The notes under the pieces are model-generated. The model saw only the letters and a program-made list of their open reading frames with translations. It ran no database searches and was not told where the DNA came from. From assembly GCA_964016885.1 (NCBI GenBank), contig OZ024743.1:269266001-269330000 (forward strand): a stretch of DNA of 64,000 nt, read 5' to 3'. Source of the DNA: Eledone cirrhosa. Its lineage: Eukaryota. The translations under genes and the position numbers were made by a program. Below, piece by piece: positions 28,968 to 42,630 of the stretch. Numbering within the stretch: position 1 is the first letter of the stretch; every line of letters starts with the position of its first letter.

Positions 28968-29473
28968 TGAGAATGTGTATGTGTGTGTGTATGTGTGTGT
29001 GTCTGTGTGTGTGCATAAAGAGCTAGGGTGAATTAACAAATGATGTAGTGTTTCAGAGCCTGTCTACACCACGAGTCTAATCAATCTAGATTAAGTCTGG
29101 AACAACAATTCATTTTCTGGCTCTACAATTCCTATCAGTGTGGACTAAACTCTAAAGCGCCTACTACTCATATGCACATGCTGCGTGCACATAGGGAGCC
29201 GTTCTTCAAACTACAGCTTTTGGTAACTTATCTTCACTTACATTAACTCTTCAGACACAACAGCCATGACATAGCAACAACAATATATACACTGTCTTAA
29301 CAACGGTATATATACCTTCTACACCACTCTCACTCTCTCACTCGACCTTCATTTTTTCAGACCTTTCTTCCTCTCTGTTTTATCTAACGAAGAGCGTATC
29401 CCGACACATAATGGACAGCTTATTTATATGACCCTCAATTCTTACCGTTAGACTAATATCCCATAATTTTACC

Positions 29474-30557
29474 GTATATACATATATGTATACAGACGTA
29501 CAGTAGTATGTATATATATACATACATGCACACATATATATATATATGTACGCATGGGTTTACCGAACATTTATTATAATGTTCGGTTTGTTTGTAAACA
29601 AACAGCCCGAATTAAGCCGTACAGTGTTCGGCAACCATCGTTGCCCTTTTGTTCAATACTGACAAAGGAACGATGAACTAGTTTCTAGCTTATTAGCTGT
29701 CATCAGCATCGTATACCTTCCTGTCAATCGATTGAACGTTTGAAAGTATATACTTTCCTTATGCATATTAACGGCTGAGCAGCCTAATTTGCATATCGAG
29801 TGAATTAGTCGGCCGGGCGTACCGAAAACGATAAATGGAAAAAATGATATTTCATTTCTCACTCTTAGTACGGCTGATACTTAAATATAAGTATGTATAC
29901 GTACATACATATATGTATACAGACGTACAGTAGTATGTATATACATACATACATGCACACATATTAATTCAAAATCTTAATAAATGTAGACTTTCACGTA
30001 ATCAAAAATATTTTATTATATATATTTCGGAGGTACTGTGCTGTTTTTAAAGTACGTCCTCATCAGATAGAATACATAAATTGATGTATGACATACCTCA
30101 ACTGTGCTGATGGTTCAATTCAAATATGTACGTATGTATTTTTCGGTACGCCCGGCCGACTAACTCACTCGATATGCAAATTAGGCTGCTCAGCCGTTAA
30201 TATGCATAAGGAAAGTATATACTTTCATACGTTCAATCAACTGACAGGAAGGTATACGGTGCTGATGACAGCTAATAAGCTAGAAACTAGTTCATCGTTC
30301 CTTTGTCAGTGTTGAACAAAAGGTCAACGATGGTTGCCGAACACTGTACGGCTTAATTCTGGCTGTTTGTTTACAAACAAACCGAACATTATAATAAATG
30401 TTGGGTAAACCCATACGTACATATATATATGTGTGCAGGTATGTATATATATATACATACTACTGTACGTCTGTATACATATATGTATGTACGTATACAT
30501 ACTTAAATTTAAGTATCAGCCGTACTAAGAGTGAGAAATGAAATTTCATTTTTCCAT
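29474..30557. repeat. Large inverted repeat with a permuted arm (29474-29828 and 29833-29963 both pair with 30139-30557), enclosing a hammerhead element
   Basis: The mirrored ORFs 29653-29862(-) and 30088-30315(+) give the same peptide, and the arms match visibly at the nucleotide level. Confidence 0.85.
30010..30073 (-). ncRNA. Type I hammerhead ribozyme, intact core
   Basis: ATTCTAT-CTGATGA-GGACGTACT..AGTACCTCC-GAAA-TATATA-TA^ATAAAAT. Same family as 57210-57262 and 25069-25132. Confidence 0.75.
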
Positions 30558-30562
30558 ATATA

Positions 30563-30616
<54 letters not shown>

Positions 30617-30630
30617 CATATGTATATATG

Positions 30631-30663
<33 letters not shown>

Positions 30664-31163
30664 ATAGGGGAAGGGGGGGGGGGGGTCAATAGTGTGCATA
30701 TGTATATGTACCGCCTCTATTAGGAAATACTAATAGCGAAATGTTTTTCAAAATGTCAAAATATTGATGCGAGTTCATGACCCAATCTATGTCATGTGAT
30801 CAGAAATCTTATGACGATTCTCAAATGCTGACAACATTCGGTAGAGTTTGACATCTTGATGTCAGTAAAGAAATCACTGGAGTACACAGGGTGATGAGGG
30901 GCTGTAGCTGTAGATACTGATATATCACTATACATATACGTATTTACACAATTACGCACATACTCAGACAATACCCTTGTATTTATGTATATATGTATGT
31001 GTGTGTGTGTGCATGTATATATGTATATATATGTATATATGTGTGTATGTATGTATATATATGTATATATGTATATATGTGTGTGTGTGTGTATGAGTGT
31101 GTGTGTGTATGAGTGTGTGTAATTATGTATGTATGTATGTATGTATGCAGGGAGAGATATATA

Positions 31164-31236
<73 letters not shown>

Positions 31237-31430
31237 GAGATATATATGCAAATATGTATATATATATATATAGGTTTGCGTATATATTTATGTATATATA
31301 TGTATACATATCTATATATTTTATATATATATATATGTATTCATCTCTCTCTCTATATATATACGGTATATTGCCAAATATACTATACATACATTCATGT
31401 ATATATTGCTATTTCAGAGCACCAATCCTA

Positions 31431-31463
<33 letters not shown>

Positions 31464-31474
31464 GACACACACAG

Positions 31475-31506
<32 letters not shown>

Positions 31507-31968
31507 TTATATATATATATATGAAAGATATATAAGTAAATATATAAACATATATTGTAGTACTGCGAGAATATGTTTATGTATGTATGTATATATATAA
31601 ATCTGTGTATGCATATACATACACATCACACGCATATATAATATATGTATAATATATATATATATGGGGGTGACGGCGTAATAATCTCAAATGGTGAGAG
31701 AGCTCTGTAATAAATAAAAGAACTCTATATCCTTACAATAACGATATTTATCATCATCAATTTGGCTACCGTCAAGTTTCATACTTAAACACATCAATTT
31801 GTATGAGATGAAGTATTTCGGGAAAGATATTGTCGTATAGACATTGATATAGAAAAGATAGTAGCCAATATATTGTTGTGCAATATCATTATATATGTGT
31901 ATATCTATGCATTCATGTATGTACTTACATATGTACACGTATGTACACATACACACATACACGCGCGC

Positions 31969-32062
<94 letters not shown>

Positions 32063-32846
32063 TATATATATATATATTGTTTCTGATTTAGGCACAAAGC
32101 CAACAAACACGGGGAAAGGTTGTCGATTAGATTGAACCACTTTATTTTATCGACCCCGTAAAGATGAAAGGCAAAGCTAACCTCAGCGGGAGTTGAACTC
32201 TATCCGAGGGTTCTTGCTACTTCCAGCAAGCATGCCTTTGCAGCATAGAGTTACGGCCCTTTATGATCTGAATTCAAATCCCGCCGAGGTTAGTTTTGCC
32301 TTTCATCCTTACGAGGTCGATAAAATAAAGTACCAGTAATGTACTGGGTAATTTGCTGGCCTTGTGCCAAAAGTAGAAACAATTATTATTGAGTAGTTCT
32401 GTGAGGAAAAATTTGAGGCCACTATGCCTTATAGTAATGTATTGATCTGTAAAATCCTATTAAATATTTTACTCTTAATAATTTAATTTAATCGATTGAG
32501 TGCTTTGTGGCAGGGGGAAATAATTCTATTTTAATATTTTCTCACCATTTATCCTAGCAGCACAGTCTGTCCTGCTGCTGTACTATTACAGTAGGTACTA
32601 CTAATACAAAAGGACGAAGTATTAGGTCTTCATTATGTTTATTGAGTTGTGACGCGCGTTTCGTGATTAATCAGCTCAAGTTTCGATCTGTATCGATCTG
32701 GCCCGACTCTGGAATCAAAAGGCAATGACAGAATTACTATAAACGTTACAAAGACCTAACACTTCGTCCTTTTTTATTATTCATCAATATACCTCCCGGA
32801 AACTACGCATCAAGTGCTCCTTCTAGACGTTACAATCCCTAAATTA

Positions 32847-32945
<99 letters not shown>

Positions 32946-33233
32946 TTATACAATATATTCATAACTCTATTACTATATGTCTTAGAATTTTATTAATTAA
33001 CATACATTTCATAGACAAAAAAAAAAAAAATAATAATAACAATAAATAAATAAAAATAAAACACGTTCGATCTTTCGGATATTTAATTCTGATCAATTAG
33101 GCGTCTGCTTTTCAATAGACGATGATTGGGGTTTTTTTTCCATTGGCCTGTTCGCATCATTATGGTTGAATCGACATCTTGGCGACCGATGACAGCTATT
33201 AATGGATGATAACCCTTGTACAATGGACAGGGG

Positions 33234-33264
<31 letters not shown>

Positions 33265-33346
33265 TGTATGTATGTATGTATGTATGTATGTATGTATGTA
33301 TGTATGTATGTATGTATGCATGCATGCATATATGTATGTATGTATG

Positions 33347-36300
33347 TTCATCTGGTTTTATAATTTCACAAAGTTTTACTAATAGAGAGAGAGTTTCTAA
33401 CATAGACACAAGACTCTCTCATTGGAATTTACACAACATCAACTAGGTAGATATGTATGTATGCATGTGTAGATATGCATCTTATTGTATGTGTGGATGT
33501 GTATGTTTTGAGTTGTATGTGTGCATGTGTATATGCTTTGTATCTGTACATGTGTATATGCAGTTATTAGATGCAACATTTTTGGAATGTTTTACATATT
33601 TTTACTGTTCCATTAATGGATTCTACTTGTAATTTTCTAACTAGTTGTGTTCTTTCTGTTCCTGTGAAGCCTAGCTTCTCAAGATTTGTATTGAAGCAGT
33701 TACTAACATACCCCAGTGCCCCAATAATCACAGGCATAAATCTGAAGGTGTAATCAGGGTGGAGTATTTGCATATTTCTCATCAGTTCTGCATAATCTTT
33801 GATATTATATTGGCATCTGCTGGACAGCTAATTTCCATTACTGTGCATGCCTTCTTCTCCCTGTCCCATATCATAATATTTGGTCTGTTATGCCTGCATT
33901 TTATTGGAGTTTTTATTGGAACATTCCACCGGTACTCTTTCATATTATGTACATGGATGTCTTCCACATTGCTGTAGCTTTTAATGTGTTTATTATCGGG
34001 GCTATATTTTTTACGAACTGAATTGTACAGTGTTTTGGCCACTACATCATGCCTCGTAGGTAGATAGTACCGCGATGACATCTTTGGACAGCTGCTGATG
34101 ACATGGGTGATATCCTCGATGTTAGTTCTGCAGAGTCTGCACTTGTTATCACATCTAGGTGTTTTGCCTGCACCCCTATCTCTTTTGTGAATCAGGTATT
34201 TCGTGTTAATCTCCTGTTCTTGGATTGCAAAAGCATATCCTTCAAAGTGGGAGCCAATATAGCGGTTGTTGGTCCAAGATAGACTAATTTCCTTATCTAT
34301 ATTACTCTCACTCTGGAGCTTCCTGGCAACATATCCATACATGATTTTTTGCAGATAAGCATACAGTTTTTCATCCATGGATTCACTGCGATACTGCTGA
34401 GTACTTCCCTGGGTGTGAGTTTTTGATTATCACACAGGGAATATCTCTCGAGGAGTTCCTTCCCAACTCTCATTATCTTATCTGTTTCATGCAGATAGAC
34501 TTGCTCGAGAGACAGGCTCCTACGCTTCGAGATTCGTAGATACGACATTCAAATGTTGTCTGGACTGATGTTAGGCTTCTGCCTCCCTGCTTACGTTTCA
34601 AGTAAAGGCGGTCTATGTCACTGTTGATGTGGAAGTTTCCGGTGTTGTTTAGTATTTTTCGAGTTCCAACATCAACTGCTCGGATTTCGTCTATCGTCCA
34701 ATTGAGTATTCCAAACGTTGGTGTTAGGACAGGCACAGCAAACACATTGTGAGCCACTGTTTTGTTTTGCGCAGAGAGTTCCGATGACTAAATCTTTCTT
34801 AATCGGGTGTAGTATTCCCTGGTTACGCGTTCCTTATTACAGATACCATTATAGGATATGTTCTCATCTATCCCCAGGTATCTGTAGCAGTCCTCATCAG
34901 ATATCGGTGAAACAGTTAGGCCATTGATGACAATGTTGCTAGAGAGACTGCCCCCTGAAATATGCCCCTGCGATATTTTATTTTATCAGTGAAAATAGAG
35001 TCCTCCCTCTCTGTCTTTAACCTTAGGATAGTAGCCCAAGAAGAAGACAGCCTCTCTATGGCTCTGACAATAATGTCTGGGACTTTAGCAAGTTGGAGGG
35101 CCTCTATCATTCAAGAGTGGGGAACAGAATAGAAAGCTTTCCTGTAGTCCAACCAGACTGTAGCCATATTCCTCCTAAGTTGTCGCATCTCCGACACCGC
35201 AGTTTTGTTGATTAGGTGTTGTTCAGCACACCCCCAAACCTCTTTCTTTCCAGCTGCTTGTTCATCTGTGATGATGTTATTATTTTCACAGTGATCTTGG
35301 AGGAATAGGTTCAGGCAGGCTGTATACATCTTATACATCAGGTTCTGGCATGCAATGGGTCGGTAGTTTTTTGCCAAGTGGGTGTCTTTGTTCTTGAGGA
35401 CCAGTAATGTTTGTGCTAATGTCAACCATTCTGGTATAAGTGTATCTCCCTTAAGAACGTGTTGCTAGAGGTCAGTAAGATACATCCGATAGAATATCAG
35501 TTTGTTGTACCAGTAGCCGACAATCATGTCTCTTCCTGGTATTTTCTTATCTTGGAGTTTTCCTATCACAGTCTCAAGGGTACCCTCACTTATTTCGTAT
35601 GTTTTTGTTGTAGTGTAGGAGCAATAGTTCTTTTGGATTTCTGTTAGCCACACTGCATCTTGGTTGAAATTCTTCTTTTCACCCCATATTTTGCTCCAAA
35701 AGGAATCTATGTCTTTCTGGGATGGGGCCTCAGTGACACTTATTATTTTGTTCTTCATATCTCTATAGACTGATGTTTGGTTTCGTCTGAATTTTTTATT
35801 AAGCACTTTTCTTTCATCTACCTTCTTCAGGTATCGGCGTTTTTCACTAACAGCTCTCAATTCTTGTTTGAGGGTGATCAGCTTATATTGAAGAGTTTTG
35901 GTTCTACTGTTACGAAACATCATCTTTATTTTATTTTTCACTCTTTGTTGGGGAGGAGTGAGGTTTTAGTTATATATGATGGTAGTTTTGGTGGTGTTTT
36001 GTTCTTGTTAATATCTCTGCTATCACCAAGATAATGATTCACTGTCGTTGCTAAGGCATATAAACAGGCGTTGATTTGCCAAAATGTTGGGGGTTTTATC
36101 CGTCGTAAATATTCATCCCCTATTTCGTCAATAACACATAATATTTCATTATTTGGTTTTTTTTATTAAACATTTTCGTTTTAATACGTCAGCAAGAGAG
36201 ATATTTATACATGAATTAATTTCTCTCTGGAAGATTTCGTTGAGGGAAATTTTCAATTGTTTATACTTTTGATTATTATCATTATCGATAGTATTTTCCA

Positions 36301-36843
36301 CAACAGTCGAGGTAGACTCGGATGGTACACGTGGTGTAAAATTTCTTCGATTATTATTATTATCGATAGTGTTTTCCCCAGTATTCGAGGTAGACTTAGA
36401 TGGTACAGGTGGTGTTAAGGTTCTTACAGGCATAGTTGTTTCAAGGCGCTGTTCGACCAGGCTGCTAGGAAGTCTAGTAGCATGGCCCTGTAGCACGTGT
36501 TGTCGATCCCATGTTTGTTGTGGGGAACTTACAATTAATACTATTATCTTATTTTTACGTTCAACAAACGTCGCTTGTTGGCGTAATTGTTTCGCTGTGA
36601 AATAATTTAGCTCTGGGTGCATTTCGTCCCAGTTTAGCTTCATTCTGTTCATATAGCCAATGAAAGGATTGTTTTTTGCCATTTTATAGCAATTAAATAA
36701 ATCATTTTTAAGTTCGCAACTCCAAGAGAAATGCGATTTATAATTTCGGTTTCTTCTGTAGCTACAACTGAATACAGTTTGTTTACCTTTCTTGTTGTTT
36801 ATCTTCGATACTTTCTTAATTTTGTTGTTTATGTTGTGTTCCA
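33347..36843 (-). mobile_element. R4/Dong-clade non-LTR retrotransposon (RT plus restriction-like endonuclease), decayed
   Basis: N-terminal W..ELKNDLFNCY..GYMNRMKLNW..P. RT motifs NYRPIACQN, QAAGKKEVWGC, WLDYRKAFYSVPH and RGIFQG (the catalytic DD region appears deleted near 34930). CCHC motif CRLC..H..SSC, then RHDVVA and RPNIMIWD..MEISCP. (CATA)n-type repeats flank both ends. Confidence 0.9.
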
Positions 36844-37644
36844 TGTATGTATGAATGTATGTATGCATGTGTATATATATAAACATGTATAAAGATATAA
36901 AGATATATACATGGTACCAGGTTTCATCGAAATACTTTCCAATATCGAAAGACTTTTCGTCATAACAAAATTTGTTGAAACCATGTAAGTCGAAACGACT
37001 TTTTATCAAAACGACTTTTGATAGTTTAATAGGATACTTTTATAAAGATAATTTGTCAAATGATTTCGACCCTGGAACAATTTTATAAATGAAATGACCT
37101 TTAACATACTATAAATATAGAATTTTCATCCCAAATTTTAATTTAAAAAATACATAAATAGTTCGATAAAATCGTATGGGCATTTAAACCTGGCAATCCC
37201 ACTCTAAGTCTGAACATGGAGGATTTCTTTCAGAGTGAGATAGAGAGAGAGAAATACAATCGACCTTCTGGTACTTTATTTATCGTCTTCCAAAGGATGA
37301 TATTCGAAGGTGGCCTCAGCATTATTTGATATCAGAGTCCATAGAGTCGAAACATATCCTGCGAAGCAGTCTATGCGATATTCTAATGATTCTAAAAATT
37401 ATTGTATTAACAAAACTATTGTATGTTTTAAGCTGTGATCATGTCACAGCTATCTTAGTAGTTGGTCTCGAAACATGTTTCTTGCTATTTACCTGTCATC
37501 AGCCGGTAAGACAAGAATAAACTAAAAGCTTATATGTTTTTATATGTCTGTATGAAACACATGGCTAGCTGCTATACACCTTCCTAGCTACTCAGAGTTT
37601 CCCGAAGAAAGTTGATGTTATTGTTGCTTCGAGAAACTCCGATG

Positions 37645-37725
<81 letters not shown>

Positions 37726-37840
37726 AATTAGTATATCTAGTAACATATATATACACAGATGCATACTTATGCTAGCAAATATATAGGTTTTGTCTTAGTA
37801 ACTTTGTGGTTCAATGCATGGGGATGCAGAACAATAATAT

Positions 37841-38089
37841 GAGACGTAAAATAAGAAAATTATAAAATTAACTTACTTACTAACATTTTTTTTCATCCAC
37901 TGAATTATTTTTGTATAAGTTCCCTGTGTCCACGTATTGCCTGGAAACTTAGCTGAGAATAGACTTCCCAGATGACGAAAGGCTTCTCCGTACGTTTCTT
38001 CGGAAACTATGTTTATTCCCTTTCAGAAACTAATTAGTTGGAGTGAAATTTTAGTAAGTGAGTTAATTTTATAATTTTCTTATTTTACG

Positions 38090-38094
<5 letters not shown>
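37841..38094. repeat. Inverted repeat (37841-37883 / 38051-38094) around a decayed hammerhead-like motif
   Basis: GAGACGTAAAATAAGAAAATTATAAAATTAACT(T)ACTTACTAA and its reverse complement. Internal CAGATGA...GAAAC-TAT-GTT. Confidence 0.7.
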
Positions 38095-38127
<33 letters not shown>

Positions 38128-38802
38128 TTCGGAACTGGAACATATCGATGTGGTTCGTAGGGTGCTGATATGATAAGGAGAATCGACCTGTTACAAGACG
38201 ATATAATTGGAGTACACCATCCCTCATATGGACTATCATACATGTAAGGCTGCACCACTGCTAACCAACTATTCTTCTCACAGACTCATGCTTGCAAACT
38301 CTCTTAATCTGCCTGTACACCCTGTTTTTTCACTGCTTGTGCTTTGATGTATCTATGCTTTGCTTTCTTTTATATTTGTTTCATATTTTGTTTTATGTAT
38401 ATATATATTTTTTTTTTGGTGTGTGTGTGGGGGGGGGGGTCGGCTTTTTGTTCCTTTATTGTTTTGTACTTTTATACTTATCTCTTTTGTTATCTCTGTA
38501 TTTTTGTGCTTTTTTATTATTTTTTTTTATTGTTTCTGATCATGCTGAGTAATACCCTCACTCATCCCTTGCTACCCTCTCCCAACCTCTTTATCATCTA
38601 TTGCACCATTTAAGTGATACATTTTTGGTGTAATTTTTAATTTTTAATTTTTGATGTAATTTTTAAAGACATTTTATGACATTATGTGCATCATGTATTC
38701 TGTCTTTTTCCATATAGCGCTGGCCTCGGGAGCCCCCTGCTGGTCCTTTAACCTTGTTCTGGTGACGCAGCTCGATGGAGCATGCAACTATTGATATACT
38801 CT

Positions 38803-38867
38803 TGTTTATAGGCTCTGATGATTCCTGCCATGGGGTATGTATGAAACACTGTTAGCTAATAAAACAA
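38803..38867 (+). ncRNA. Minimal type I hammerhead motif, intact core
   Basis: GTTTA-TA-GGCT-CTGATGA-(stem II TGCC/GGTA)-GAAAC-ACT-GTT^AGCT-AATAAAAC. Confidence 0.6.
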
Positions 38868-39068
38868 TGTATTTCTAAGCACTCTTTGGTTATTCCCATA
38901 ACTATAACGGCTCTGTAGTATACTAGTTATCCTGCATTGAGCTAAAACCACACTGTCATACCAAGGGCAATATATCTGCGTGCTTGGGCATATTGATATA
39001 TTTGTCAACGAAACTATATATATATATATATTTATTAAAATAACAGTCTTCAAATTTATTATTATTAC

Positions 39069-39100
<32 letters not shown>

Positions 39101-39110
39101 GATATATAGA

Positions 39111-39176
<66 letters not shown>

Positions 39177-39196
39177 TATGTATATATGTATGCATG

Positions 39197-39241
<45 letters not shown>

Positions 39242-39381
39242 GGTAGATATGTATGTAATTCTAGTTAAGGATGATATTTAATGTTGGCCTCAGCAGGATT
39301 TGAAAAGTAGTTTCGATAATTTTTCATTACGATACAGTAAATAAATCACTAAAGAATGTTCTAAGTGAATATCACCTAGTT

Positions 39382-40080
39382 CAGAGGTGGACGAACTCTT
39401 TGGATTGGGGCCACATTGACAGAATCATGAACACCAGAGGGCCGAGCCATTTATTATTGGATATAGTGTGACAGTAACCTTACTTTTCTTCAGTCAGAAT
39501 TTAGAAAATATAAAATATAAACTGCATCATTATAATACATAAATTAATAAAATGATTGAATAACAAATTTCTTAAAACAAACTTTTCTTTTAATGTTTTT
39601 GTGTCTGTACATCACAAAACATACCAGAACAAGCAATCTAATGAGACAAATGCAACAGGTCACAATTTATTACAATTTTTTAAAAATCTGGCACAAGGTT
39701 GCTGGTAGAAATTCTCAGCACTAGATGCAGGTTTGTGTCTGAAATCATGGATCTACTCTTGGGCTTGTTTATTTTAAGTCAGGAAAAGCTCTGTTCATAG
39801 ATGTAAGTTGACACCAAAATAGAAAACAATCTGGCAGCAAAGCTTCTCAAACATGGACTTTTTTCATCTGAAAGAGACTTGTAATACTCTATTAATGGCA
39901 CAGAATGAAACATTTCCTTCAACGAGTGATCTGCTTGCATGTCAATCAGTTCAAGCTGTATTTCTCCAGTTGCTGCATCAGCATCAGCAGTGAAAGGGAA
40001 AGTGAACAAATTGAATTCAGGCTAAATATTTTTGAAATCTGTAAACCTTCTTTCAAACTCCTCCTTTAAACTGTTGCATG
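39382..40080 (-). mobile_element. hAT (Charlie/Buster-like) transposon 3' end with transposase C-terminus
   Basis: FKEEFERRFTDF..FTFPF..QLELIDMQAD..LFSILVSTYIYEQSFS (hAT dimerisation-type motif). Terminus CAGAGGTGGACGAACT at 39382. Confidence 0.8.
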
Positions 40081-40703
40081 ATCTTTGCGGAGATATTTGA
40101 TCATTATCTAGATTCTAGTTAACGATCAAATAGTTAATTATTGGTGATCTGTAGCATTTTAAAATTCCTTTATAGCATATTAAATATTGTTAAAGAGTTA
40201 AGATTCTTTTACAAAATAATATATTTATAGAGTTATTCTATCCAAAATAATTTCAAATAAATGTCATTTTTATATGAAGTTTCTTCGATAAAAAGTCACT
40301 TTGACGAAATGTCACCCCGCGTATTTATACATGTTCAGATACGCAGTGTTGGCTTAAAACTTACGTTGTAACGCTAAGACAAGATATCTACCTCAGTGCA
40401 GCTGCAATCTCTTCATCAAACTAACAAAAAGCTATGCATCCTTTATGCAAACCGGATTTTTCAGTTTGGTGAGGCTTTAAATTCTAGTGGCTATGCAAAC
40501 ATTGTCTACATGGAGAGATATAGATGGAGATTTACAACGATGATAAGTCTCATAAACGAACTGTTTATGATTCCTGTTCTTCTGTGCACGACGAGAGGAC
40601 ACAATAAAAGACTGCGGTCTCAAACATACACAAAAACACAGACACACATATATATATACACTATATATACATATAACACATTTACTTCTCGCTAAATATA
40701 AAT

Positions 40704-40755
<52 letters not shown>

Positions 40756-40763
40756 GCACATAC

Positions 40764-40794
<31 letters not shown>

Positions 40795-40834
40795 CGTTGT
40801 GTGTGTTTGTGTCTGTGTGTTGTGTGTCTGTGTG

Positions 40835-40871
<37 letters not shown>

Positions 40872-40887
40872 TGTCTGTGTGTTTGTG

Positions 40888-40928
<41 letters not shown>

Positions 40929-40936
40929 TGTCTGTC

Positions 40937-40978
<42 letters not shown>

Positions 40979-40994
40979 TGTCTGTGTGTTTGTG

Positions 40995-41031
<37 letters not shown>

Positions 41032-41825
41032 AGTGTAAGGGAGAAGAAACAATAGTGATCTATACACAATCACCAGCTGACAGCTCATTGTCTTTGTGTT
41101 TATCTCAAATCTGACACTGAGACAATCTGATTTGAATATGTAAATCACAGTTGATACCACATACACATATACACATACATACACACATACATATACACAT
41201 AAATACATACATACAAACATTCATGCATACACACATACCTATACACTTACATACGCACGCATATACACAAGTACACGCATACATATGGTACACATAAATC
41301 CATTCATATATATACATATATACTAACATACATATACACTAACATACATATATACACACACACACATATATATATATACACACCTGCATACACACACATC
41401 CATATATACATACATACTCACATACATGCATACAGGCACATACATACACACACGAACATGCATACATACGCGCATTCATATACACAAACACATACGTACA
41501 TAAATAAACACATACAAACACACACACATCCAAACACACACACATTCACAAACAAACCTACACACACATCCAAACACACACACACATTCGCAAACAAACC
41601 TACACACACATCCAAACACACACACATTCACAAACAAACCTACACACACATCCAAACACATACATATACACACATCTCAAAACACCCACGGACCCACACA
41701 TGTATACACACACACATGTATATTAAATGATGTGTTTAACTATTGTATTGTTTCAATGACATAGTCACACTACAGCATTATACGTATATCTGTAGATCAT
41801 ATTTTATACCCAATATTGTATGTAT

Positions 41826-42133
41826 AGACTTGTAAATAATTAGAACTTATAAATAGACTTATACATAATTAGACTTATAAATAATTAGAACTTATAAATA
41901 GACTTATAAATAATTAGACTTATAAATAATTAGAACTTATAAATAGACTTGTAAATAATTAGACTTATAAATAATTAGAACTTATAAATAGACTTATAAA
42001 TAATTAGACTTATAAATAATTAGAACTTATAAATAGACTTATACATAATTTGACTTATAAATAATTAGAACTTATAATTAGACTTATACATAATTTGACT
42101 TATAAATAATTAGAACTTATAATTAGACTTATG
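41826..42133. repeat. AT-rich tandem satellite of 13-17 bp sub-units (AGACTTATAAATAATT / AGAACTTATAAAT) forming a ~46-bp period
   Basis: Directly visible. It lies just past the 3' end of the CRE fragment. Confidence 0.9.
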
Positions 42134-42149
42134 GATAATTATAACTGTA

Positions 42150-42630
42150 AAAATGCAATTGTATTTTGTGGTTATGAAAACGGAAAAGGAAGGGAAAAGC
42201 AGGGACTCTAGGATCACAGATGAATAAGGGGGAGGGTATGGGTTCTAGGCCTAGGGCGCGATGGTGTTGGGGATGTGCCCCGCGGACAAGACCACAAAAG
42301 CATTTCCGCGGAAAAATGGCCAGCGACACCCACTGCAACAGCCACCCCACATCGCGGGGCTCCTTCCTTAGAGAGGCTGCTGACGTTCTGATCTTGCGGA
42401 GGAGCTCGGCAGGACGGGGTCTAAGTACGCCAGAGGTCACGACGGTGACCAGTGCGAAGAGGAAGCGGCCTGACAACCCCTGGTATTTGTTTATCTTCGT
42501 TTCCTCTCATTGCAGGCCGCAGTACCGGGGTTTGTGGCCGAAGCGACTAAGTTGCAGGCGTAGAACGTGTCATAAAATGTGGCGTTCCAGATGAGGGATC
42601 TACCCCCTTCGAATAGGAAGAGTGTAATTC
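42150..42630 (-). mobile_element. CRE-clade LINE 3' fragment (restriction-like endonuclease C-terminus)
   Basis: Frameshifted ITLFLFEGGRSLIWNAT..DTF..KYQGLSGRFLFALVTVVTSGVL..EPRDVGWLLQWVSLAIFRGNAFVVL, matching the WDAT...ETSG...QRxSxAIxRGNA pattern of CRE-type RLE ends. Confidence 0.7.

Noticed and set aside
29375-29415. Further hammerhead candidate (CTAACGA-AGAGC...GACAC)
   Set aside because: Too many core and stem mismatches to support individually.
36850-37009. N-terminal part of ORF 36149-37009 as Dong protein
   Set aside because: It runs through the (CATA)n flank and an unrelated repeat, so it is read-through outside the element.
41826-42133. Regular short repeats resembling a CRISPR array
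   Set aside because: No unique spacers, no cas genes and a eukaryotic context. It is a simple satellite.
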